From Macrostomum lignano (Eukaryota): a stretch of 64,000 nt of DNA. The DNA lies in contig NIVC01001890.1 in NCBI GenBank assembly GCA_002269645.1, positions 1-64,000 on the forward strand. The letters are read 5' to 3'. The notes under the pieces are model-generated. The model saw nothing but the letters and a program-made list of their open reading frames with translations. It was not told where the DNA came from and searched no databases. The first letter of the stretch is position 1, and each line of letters starts with the position of its first letter. This document shows positions 47,421-58,400 of this stretch, one piece after another. The position numbers and the translations under genes were made by a program.

Positions 47421-50400
47421 CTACTTCTTGCCACCCCAGGACAGCCAGCCTTTGACAAAGCCAGAGATGCCGCCGCCGCCGCTTTGAGCCGCTGGCGTCG
47501 CAGTCGCCGCTGCCGTTGAAGCCGCAGCCGCCTTACCGCCCTTAGCCTCTCTGGGCAGCTTGTCAGTCAAGTCCGGACACTGCACATGGTTCAAAGCCAA
47601 ATCGAAGAATATCGGCTTAGCCGGCGTGGGCACAAACTCCGGCGGCAAAGTGATCAGCTGAGGCACTGCAGTTTGACGCTTCGACGAAGATGATGTCGAC
47701 TTAGACGAGGCCCCGGCCTGCAGTTCAGCGAAGTCAAACTGACCGTCGGTTTCGCCGACGTTGGCATCCTCAGTAGATAGCAGAGCGGCAGCCCGACACG
47801 AGTACTGATCGCCTTCGGCTTTGCGAGCCAATTCTTCTGCAGCTTCCTGCTCTTCGGCTGTGAGAGCGCCCCGAGCATCTCGAGCCTGCTTGCAGTAGCG
47901 AAGGCAGCGCTGCAGCAGGGCCAGGCATTCCGGCAGTCGTTTGGCCGCGAAATGAGCCCGCGACAGTTGGTGGCATTTGTGAGCCCGGTAGAGCGCCAGC
48001 TGGGCCGCCAGCTCAGCCTGGGTGGCTGTGTCTCCCGCCTGTGGATTTAGGAGAGAGGATGGGGATCTGGGAGGCTGGCCCAGCAACTGAGGATCTGGGA
48101 GGCTGGCCCAGCAACTGAGGATCTGGGAGGCTGGACCAGCAACTGAGGATCTGGGAGGCTGGTGGCCCAGGAACTGAGGATCTGGGAGGCTGGCCCTGCA
48201 ACTGAGGATCTGGGAGGCTGGTGGCCCAGGAACTGAGGATCTGGGAGGCTGGGCCAGCAATTGAGGATCCGGGAGGCTGGCCCAGCAACTGAGGATCCGG
48301 GAGGCTCGCCCAGCAACTAAGGATCTGGGAGGGTGTATGCAGTAAAAGAATATTTTATCTGTCGAGCATATAGAGACGCAGCGATATCTTTAATATTTAT
48401 GAGGTCCAGATAAAATGAAATACACAGTCTACGAGCACAAAAGACTAATTGTACTTTGAGCTCACCTGGCACAGCTGCTGCAGATCTGCCAGCGTCTGCG
48501 TCACCGCCTCGTACAGCCTGGCCAACTCCGTGGGCTTCCTGCCGCTGCCGGCGGCCAGCAGCAGATTGCGTCTAATTGTTGCGCGCAGTTTCGTGTGCGC
48601 CACCCAGGCCTGCAGCCGGGGCTCCGATTGGGCTTCGCGTACGCCTTCGCCGGCGCGTTTGATCAGGCTTTCCTGGAATCAAGAGTAATAATTAGTAAGC
48701 GCGGTCATTATTAGTGTATTAAATTGCAATCCAAAAGCACATTTATCATTGCAAGACTTGGAAAACCCGAAAATTGAAAGATCTCGAAGGTCCGCTATTG
48801 AAGGTCCCGAATATAAGTACTTGAAAGATCCACAAGTTTTTATGAAAGATCCAAAGGCTCCATAAAAGATCCCATATGTCCTAAAAAGATCCTAAAGGTC
48901 ATATAAAAGATCCTAAAGGTCATATAAAAGATCCTAAAGGTCATATAAAAGATCCTAAAGGTCATATAAAAGATCCTAAAGGTCATATAAAAGATCCTAA
49001 AGGTCATATAAAAGATCCTAAAGGTCATATAAAAGATCCTAAAGGTCATATAAAAGATCCTAAAGGTCATATAAAAGATCCTAAAGGTCATATAAAAGAT
49101 CCTAAAGGTCATATAAAAGATCCTAAAGGTCATATAAAAGATCCTAAAGGTCATATAAAAGATCCTAAAGGTCATATAAAAGATCCCAAACATTCCATAA
49201 AAGATCCCAAAGGTCATATAAAATCACAAAGGTCCCATAAAAGATCCGAAAGGTCATATAAAAGATCGCAAAGGTCCCAGAAAAGATCCCAAAGGTCCCA
49301 TAAAAGATCCCAGAGGTCCCATAAAAGATCGCAAAGGTCCCATAAAAGATCCCAGAGGTCCCATAAAAGATCGCAAAGGTCCCAGAAGAGATCCCAAATG
49401 TCCCATAAAAGATCGCAAAGGTCCCATAAAAGATCCCAAAGGTCCCATAAAAGATCCCAGAGGTCCCATAAAAGATCGCAAAGGTCCCAGAAAAGATCCC
49501 AAATGTCCCATAAAAGATCGCAAAGGTATCAGAAAAAATCCCAAAGGTCATATAAAAGATCCCAAATGTCATAAAAGATACCAAAGGTGATATAAAAGCC
49601 GTACAAGCCAACCTGAATGCTAATCTGAGCTTCATCAGTCTCAGCTTTATCAGCCTCCAATCGCAGCTCCTCCAAAGCAGCCACCAGAGCTCGCAGCTTC
49701 GGCGGCCTCACCAGCACAGTTTCACCCTGCCACACAACTTCGCACACAGCCCGACTATCGGATCGCGTCTGCGCCAGCAAGCTGTCAATCTCGTCGCTAG
49801 CACCATCGTCGCCGCCAATCTGGCGCAGTCGCATCGCTCGCAGATCTTCAACAGCCGTAGCGTCGCCAATATTGTAGGCGCAATAGCGCAATTGGGGACG
49901 CAGCTCGTCAGCTTTAGCTGTGTACACCGCCGCGTCTTCTGGCAGTTGATGCGCCGCGCCGGCCAGGCTGGTGTACAGGTCAACTGCGCCTTGCAGGTGA
50001 GCACCGGCCTCCGGCCATTTCTCTAGCTCGAACAGCAGGGTGCCTTGCATAGCGGCTAGATAGGCCTGTGTGTGTGAGAGATTATCCGTGTGGATTAATT
50101 TATGATAGTTCCTTTTAAAATCCCTTGGATCCCATAGTCCATTAAATCCCATTCATTTTAAAATCCCTTTGATCCCCTATTCAATGAAATCCTATTCATT
50201 TAAAATCCCTTTGATCCCCTATTCAATGAAATCCTATTCATTTAAAATCCATTTGATCCCCTATTCAATGAAATCCTATTCATTTAAAATCCCTTTGATC
50301 CCCTATTCAATTAAATCCTATTCATTTAAAATCCATTTGATCCCCTATTCAATGAAATCCTATTCATTTAAAATCCATTTGATCCCCTATTCAATGAAAT

Positions 50401-53400
50401 CCTATTCATTTAAAATCCATTTGATCCCCTATTCAATTAAATCCTATTCATTTAAAATCCATTTGATCCCCTATTCAATTAAATCCTATTCATTTAAAAT
50501 CCATTTGATCCCCTATTCAATGAAATCCTATTCATTTAAAATCCATTTGATCCCCTATTCAATGAAATCCTATTCATTTAAAATCCATTTGATCCCCTAT
50601 TCAATTAAATCCTATTCATTTAAAATCCCTTTGATCCCCTATTCAATTAAATCCTATTCATTTAAAATCCCTTTTGATCCCCTATTCAATGAAATCCTAT
50701 TCATTTAAAATCCCTTTGATCCCCTATTCCATTAAATCCCATTTATTTTAAAATCCCTTGATCCCCTAATCCATTAAATCCCTTCTATTTTAAAATCCTT
50801 GATTCCATATTCCATTAAATCCCATTTATTTTAAAATCCCTTGATCCCATATTTCATTAAATCCCTTCTATTTTAAATCCTAAAATCCAATATTCCTTTA
50901 AATCCCACACATTATACGCAGAATAGCCTACCTGAGCCTCCAATTTAGTCTTGGCATCAGCTTTAGCGGCGCACAGCGTCTCCAACAAATTGGCATGCCG
51001 GGCGGCCTTCTTTAACTTGGAGAATTGGCTAAACTTTTTCCTCTGATCAGTGTTAGCCTCGGATTTCAATTGCATAGCGTAGGCCCACAGTCGTTCAGCT
51101 TCGAATAGAGGAATTTGTAGGCACCGATCGAACTTGATAGCTTCCGGGGTCAGCGGTTTCCGGTGGACTTTACGCCGATCCCCGGCTGGCAGTTTCAATG
51201 ATTTTCGTAGGCGAGCAAGACGGCGACTGCAGTATTGACGGTAGCGCTGGTAGTCGCCGTGTCGTAGACCGTGCTGTTGCTGGGCGTCGCGAACTGTGGC
51301 CAGGACTTGAGGGGCAGAGGGGAGGTGGGTGGATTTTGTGTGTATAAAAGGGAGGCTTTGGCTTTCTATATGTGGTGTCCTTTCTTGAGGACCCAGAAGT
51401 TACAACTTTCAAAACTCCACAACCTGGAATCTTTACAACTTGGAATCTTCCCAATCTGGAATCTTCACAACTTGAAGTCTTCACAACTTGGAATCTTCAC
51501 AACATGGAATCTTTACCACCTGGAATCTTTACCACCTGGAATCTTTACCACCTGGAATCTTTACCACCTGGAATCTTTACCACCTGGAATCTTTACCACC
51601 TGGAATCTTTACCACCTGGAATCTTTACCACCTGGAATCTTTACCACCTGGAATCTTTACCACCTGGAATCTTTACAACTTGGAATCTTCATAAATCTGG
51701 AATCTTCACAACTTGAAGTCTTCACAACTTGGAATCTTCACAACTTGGATGAAATCTTTACAATTTAGAATCTTCACAACTTGGAATCTTCACAACTTGG
51801 AATCTTTACCACCTGGAATCTTTACCACCTGGAATCTTTACCACCTGGAATCTTTACAACTTGGAATCTTCCCAACTTGAAGTCTTCACAACTTGAAGTC
51901 TTCACAACTTGGAATCTTCACAACTTAGAATCTTCACAACTTGGATCTTCACAACTTGAAATCTTCACAAATTGGAATCTTCACAACCTGGAATCCTCAC
52001 AACTTTGAATCTTCACAACTTGGAAAAAATATTTACAACTGGGAATCTTCACAACTTGGAAAAAATATTTACAACTGGGAATCTTCACAACTGGAAATCT
52101 TCACAGATTGGAATCTACCCATCTTGGAATCTTTATAACTCAATCTTCAAAACCTAGAATCTTTACATCTTAGAAACTTAACAACTTGGATGGAATCTTC
52201 ACAACTTGGAAAATTCACAAATAGGAAATGTTTTGGGCAAGTGGCCCAAAAATCTCTACCCAAAAACAAACAGTAATAATTAGATGACAAGGCATTTAGC
52301 CTTAATAATATAGTCAATGAGCATCTATGAGCATCCTAATATATATTATGCATTAGATATGTATATATATATAGTACCTGAAACCTACAATTATAATTTT
52401 GAAGCTATTGCTTTTTAGTAAAGTATTTGCCCTTTTGATAACAGTTAGGCCTAATTTTAACAATAAAAAGTTAAAAACTAAATTTTATTTAATATTAACT
52501 TAAATTAATTCTTTTTAAAATCAATTCAATACATTTATTATATATTATATTATATACTTTATAAGGTTTATTTAGTAATATCTTTATACTTACACTGATC
52601 TATAAATCAAAAATTGAAAACATTTCTATTAAATAATAAGTTATATAACAATTATAATATTACACAAAACTTGTTATTAGTTATTGGCAAAATATACCAG
52701 ACATTCTATACTAGTACTAATAGTACTAGGAATCAAATTCCTACTTAGTATAAATAAAGAAACATTTTTCTACTTTTAACCAACCTTTTATATTAGATAA
52801 ATTTGAATTATTTTCCTTTACTTTTAAGTTAAAGATTAAGTTAAGGTTATTGCCTTTAATTATTGCCTTTAATCAAGAAACTATCAATAACTTTTAATAT
52901 ACTAAGTCATATTTATCACTCCTCTATGGTCTTACATAGAATAGAATTTTTGCATGGCAATTTTAAAATAGAAGTTTTTTGGCACTTTAATTTTTTGAGC
53001 AACTTTTATAGGTTTTTCCATATAAAGTTAAAGTGAATACCTAAAAATTATTTAATATTCTTTCTTTAATACTAATATACTGCTTAGTGGTTTTCTTTTA
53101 AAATGCAATAACTTTTTTACTATAATGAGTATAATAATATGGCCAATTAGGGGACAGACAAGATCTTGATCTCAAATTGTCAAGATCTTAGAATTATTTA
53201 AATCTCAATCTCTATTTTAAATTTTTTTTAAAAATCAAGATGTTTGACTATGTGATTATTGGTGACTATGATATTATCATATATATATTTGATATATCAA
53301 CTTACCATCAAGCTCAATATTATATAACGATTGTTTTTTTCTTTTATTATTATCATAGTATATATTTAACAAATGACAATATTAACATACTAGATAGAGT

Positions 53401-54568
53401 AATACAAATACACCTACTAGATGCTAATTAGGCTTATGAATCTTTATTGAATTTTGATTGTCTCAAAAGTACTAGATTTCAAGTCTCAAAAATATGATAG
53501 GCCTATTGTCCAATCCTTATTGCCAATATAGAGCATTTTCAAATAAGCAATTTTTGCACAAAAAAACTTGGCATAAAAATCATTGAGAATTAAATAAATT
53601 TGCCTAAAATTTTTGCATTTACAAGTTAGTGTACATAGAATAGATTTAGGATTTTATATAAGAAATTCTATCTTAATTGAGGCCCTGCTAAGCTAAACTA
53701 AGGCAAAACCAAGAGGCTCTTCATATTGCTTGTTCTGGTTCTAGAACCAGGACCAATTTGTAAATTATAGCCTTTTGTCTCCTTAACTAGAGGGATATAC
53801 TTGCAATAAACTCTTAATTATTAAATGAAAATTGCCAAGAAGAAAGTGAAAAAGTGTGCAAATTGAGGCTGTTAAGGGAGTCAAATATTAATAGAATTAA
53901 ATAGTTATACTACTGTTTTTCTTGGAAGATCCAAACCGATTCTGGTTCTAGAATTGCGAATTGGTAATGTGAAGAGGCTTCAACATTCAATTTAAGAAAA
54001 AGAAATTAGACATTGGCCAATGTGAAATTAGTATAAAGTATGCTTATTATTATTATTATTTTCTTGTGCATTTTACTTACTTACTTACTTAGGCTACTTA
54101 TTTACTTACTTAAAACTCAGCCAAGACTGAGTTTTGCAAATATTGTTGCAAAAGTTTTGACTTTTGGTTGTGTTGCTAATAGAGTTATTTATAATCAATA
54201 GATAAAAGATAAAAAGATAAAAAATAATATATTAGGCATATGCATAACAATTGGTTAGGACTTGAGTTAAAGCTATATTATTTGTGAACTGTATTTTTTA
54301 TCATTATGACTTATTTTATTGACTTAACAAATAGTAAAAACAAACTATAATTAATAATAATAGCTGTTGTTTATATTTCTGTCTAAAACCTATTTCTGCT
54401 TGCGAAAATTTTAAAGCATTTAAACTAAATTACCGTTTCATTAACACTAGGCTGGAACATGACATAGTTTATCACTGAAACAAGTCTCTCAGCTCTGTCA
54501 AAATTTAAATTAGGTCACTTACTGTCCAAAGAAAACGTCTGAACTGCATCTGGCACAGCTGATTCCAT
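47421..54568 (-). CDS. SRP68: Signal recognition particle subunit SRP68, 5 exons, 565 aa
   Basis: Exons 54523-54568, 50932-51305, 49613-50065, 48466-48672, 47421-48038 (phases 1/0/0/0). TFSLD|ILATVRDAQQQHGLRHGDYQRYRQYCSRRLARLRK, AERLWAYAMQLK, DAKTKLEAQ|AY, LRYCAYNIGD, KPIFFDLALNHV. Confidence 0.96.
48060..48330. repeat. 28-bp minisatellite in SRP68 intron 4 (reverse complement of the 41070-41600 unit)
   Basis: CTGGGAGGCTGGCCCAGCAACTGAGGAT tandem copies. Confidence 0.92.
48845..49600. repeat. 21-bp minisatellite AAAAGATCCTAAAGGTCATAT in SRP68 intron 3
   Basis: Homogeneous block plus a diverged block. Confidence 0.95.
50160..50870. repeat. 42-bp minisatellite TTAAAATCC(C/A)TTTGATCCCCTATTCAAT(G/T)AAATCCTATTCAT in SRP68 intron 2
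   Basis: Direct tandem copies. Confidence 0.95.
51410..52215. repeat. 18-bp minisatellite TGGAATCTT(TACCACC/CACAACT) family in SRP68 intron 1
   Basis: Direct tandem copies. Confidence 0.93.
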
Positions 54569-55456
54569 CGTAGTTAGTTTTTAAATTCAGAATAAAAACG
54601 AAATAGGTAAGTGTAATTTAAGCTTATTAGCCCTGTTGCTTAAGCGGGTCTTCTCGTTAATAATGAGACGCTATCGACGTCGTACTACTACTAGATTTTG
54701 CTTGCTTTCGTCGTCAGCAGTCAAAAAATTGAGTTTTCGGGGAACCTGTGCACAAGATTAACAAAAAATATGAATTATAAAATATAGCTGCCAGATTAAA
54801 CAATTCTTAAATTTTATTTTGTATTTAAAAAGTGTTTTTTTTACATAATAAAGTTTTTTGTAGAATGAATCATTTATGATACTAAGATGCTGCCACATAT
54901 ACAACTTTCAGTAAAATCGTTCATTTATTCTATACTTGCTGTTATCTATTTTTGATACGCATTCGACATAGCTACTGTAAATTTCTATTGCTATCACTGT
55001 AAATAACATGTGCCTTAGGTGCTATTATCGCTATTCACTCAGAACTGCGTTTATCATTTACGAGTAATTTATAAGATAAAGTTTATAGTACGATAGGAAT
55101 GTTTCAGAGCAATAGAAAACGATAACGTTAACGTTATATTTGAGGCAGGTAACCGGGAACGGAAAATAACACCATAATTTTTTGTCTCAATCTGAATTAT
55201 TTTTGCTGATTGTTGACGTAAGAGAATAAGGGAACACTATTATTTCGTTAATTATTGATTTAAAATAAAATTATTGTTTTCCAGTTTTTGGATAGGTTTG
55301 GATTTCGGTTATAATTTTGAAACAACTTTTAAGCTATTTTACACAACCAACTTGTTTACTTATTTGTCAGGAGTTTCAAGAAATACATTAAAAGGCGAAT
55401 TACTTTCAATATACTTGTCAAGTCTGTTATTTCCAGTTTAATTAAGTCGGACAGCA

Positions 55457-58400
55457 ATGGCATCTCCTCGAACGCCGCGCACTTCAACTACCGACCCTAT
55501 ACGGGATCAGATAACCAGCAGGCGAACCATTGAAAAGAAGGCCCTAGAATTCGACATCACCTTGCACGACGTGTCGTTCAACTATGCCGGTCGATATTTT
55601 CTAAGATTAGCCGTGCAATCATCGTTCACCTCGGATCTAAGCGGCCTCCGAGTTCGATCCGGCGGCCCAACCGGACGGCCAACTCGAGGTTTCCGATTCG
55701 GCGCGGAAGCTCGAACTGAAGTGACCGACCAGTTGCAACAAGACGAGGTTTTTCACATGCAAGACGCTCGATTCTCATTTTACATGCCAGTTGGATTTAA
55801 TAAGAACGATATAAAGCATGACGTATTCCTGCTGATTGAGGCGTTCGACATCAGCGAGACCACCGCCCAATTCCGACGTATTGGCGAAGCCAAAGTGGCC
55901 ATTTATCCGCGAACAGACGTTGAAATGAACTTCGATCTAGAGATTGGAGACCCCGTCTATCGGTTGACTATGAAGGCTCCGATTTTGAGGATCAATACTC
56001 AGGTTAGGGATTTTTTACGTCTTTGACTGCTTGCTTATGGAAGTTGAAAAAGGTGGTTGCTATGGGGGTTGTAGTCTAATGGTTAGAGCGTCGGAATCAC
56101 GACTTAAAGGTCGGAGGTTCGATTCTCGACCCACTCGGAACAATTTGTGTCCTTGAGCAAGACACTTAACTCTGAATTGTTTCAGAGATCACCCAGTTGT
56201 AAAATGAGGGGAGGCTTCATAAGACTGAAATTTCACAACGCCAAAAATTCTGCATGGTCCTTGTTATTTTAAGTTTTCTACGACGTGAAATTTCAGTCTG
56301 ATGAAGTTTCGGCTTTAGGAAATTTCGGTCTTGTGAAGGCAGGTGTCTTTTGGCTTTAGGAAATTTCGGTCTTGTGAAGGCAGGTGTCTTTTGGCTTTAG
56401 GAAATTTCGGTCTTGTGAAGGCAGGTGTCTTTTGGCTTTAGGAAATTTCGGTCTTGTTAAGGCAGGTGTCTTTTGGCGTTATGAAATTTCGGTCTTGTGA
56501 AAGCGACCCTAAAATGAGTACCAGCATTAGCTGGGGTAATTGAGGGTGTGTTTGGCGACCCCCCCCCCCAGTCCGTGGACTGAACAGCCGTACGCAGCCT
56601 TCAGATGCGCCGCGCAATAGCTGCAGCTGAGCTGTCGGTTGCACATCTGCCCATTAGGGCAGGTGAAATCAATTATTATTTTTGTTATTAGTGCTATAGG
56701 GGTTGCGAAAAATCAGTTGCTAGTAGGCGATCAAAGAAGTATTAAGCTGTTAACTTATTTGATGAGGAGCAAGTAGCATTTTGACAACCAAGAAAACGCA
56801 CAGCGCAGCAAAATCCGTTCGCTTACTCCAGACAGCATACTAAGTACATTGGCAATGCGAGCTACAAATTAGTTGCTACAAGCTCGCATCTCCCACATCC
56901 AACAATCCAATTTAGGATCATCTCCACATGCACTGCGGCTCGCTTAATTTCACCTGCCAACTCAGCGAAGCCTGGCCAATCGAAGTGGACGAAGATGGTC
57001 CCCCTGAGCCGCAGCCTCGGCCGCCGGTTCGCAAGAAGCCGCCGGAACAGTTGAAGCCGCCGCCTCAGCCGGCTCAGAAGCAGCCGCCGGAACGGAAGAC
57101 ACCGAGAGGTGACCACGCTCCGCCGCAGAGGCTTCGAGAGGATCCCAACTTGGAGCATCGGTCAGTTGATCCGCTTCAGGGCGGCTGGCGGCTGGTGTCT
57201 GACGAAGGCAAAGAGGAGGTCACGGTGATTGTGCACGGCGGTAACGACATGAAGCATCCTAGTAAGCATAGGATGCCAAGGACCTACGTGACTGTGTGAG
57301 TGTCTTTCTAATGTTGAAGTTGAATCGAATTTCACGAAGGTTGACTATGGTTTGGTTAGCGATTAGAAAATTAGCAAATGTAATAACATGTAGGTATCAG
57401 TGTCAGATAGCGATAATGGTGAGTGTCAGTTAGTGATAACAGTGAGTGTCAGTTAGCGATAACAGTGAGTGTCAGTTAGCGATAACAGTGAGTGTCAGTT
57501 AGTGATAACAATGAGTGTCAGTTAGCGATAACAGTGAGTGTCAGTTAGTGATAACAGTGAGTGTCAGTTAGCGATAATGGTGAGTGTCAGTTAGTGATAA
57601 CAGTGAGTGTCAGTTAGTGATAACAGTGAGTGTCAGTTAGCGATAACAGTCAGTGTCAGTTAGCGATAACAGTGAGTGTCAGTTAGCGATAATGGTGAGT
57701 GTCAGTTAGCGATAATGGTGAGTGTCAGTTAGCGATAACAGTGAGTGTCAGTTAGCGATAACAGTGAGTGTCAGTTAGCGATAACAGTCAGTGTCAGTTA
57801 GCGATAATGGTGAGTGTCAGTTAGCGATAATGGTGAGTGTCAGTTAGCGATAATGGTGAGTGTCAGTTAGCGATAATGGTGAGTGTCAGTTAGCGATAAT
57901 GGTGAGTGTCAGTTAGCGATAATGGTGAGTGTCAGTTAGCGATAATGGTGAGTGTCAGATAGCGATAACAGTGATTGTCAGATAGTGATAACAGTGATTG
58001 TCAGATAGCGATAACAGTGAGTGTCAGTTAGCGATAATGGTGAGTGTCAGTTAGCGATAATGGTGAGTGTCAGTTAGCGATAATGGTGAGTGTCAGATAG
58101 CAATAACAGTGAGTGTCAGTTAGTGATAACAGTGATTGTCAGATAGCGATAACAGTGAGTGTCAGTTAGCGATAATGGTGAGTGTCAGTTAGCGATAATG
58201 GTGAGTGTCAGTTAGCGATAATGGTGAGTGTCAGTTAGCGATAACAGTGAGTGTCAGTTAGCGATAATGGTGAGTGTCAGTTAGCGATAATGGTGAGTGT
58301 CAGTTAGCGATAACAGTGAGTGTCAGTTAGCGATAATGGTGAGTGTCAGTTAGCGATAACAGTGAGTGTCAGTTAGCGATAATGGTGAGTGTCAGTTAGC

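Noticed and set aside
53735-53750. Perfect 16-bp palindrome CTGGTTCTAGAACCAG (heat-shock-element-like core)
   Set aside because: Isolated, deep in SRP68 intron 1, with only two pentamer units; compatible with chance.
56064-56135. Functional tRNA gene
   Set aside because: A and B boxes are present but the anticodon and acceptor stems do not pair, and it runs straight into a SINE body.
56521-56660. Extra CCDC33 exon (ends in CAG|GTGAAA)
   Set aside because: Stops in all three frames; exon 1 joins 56916 in phase without it; the sequence is the SINE 3' part.
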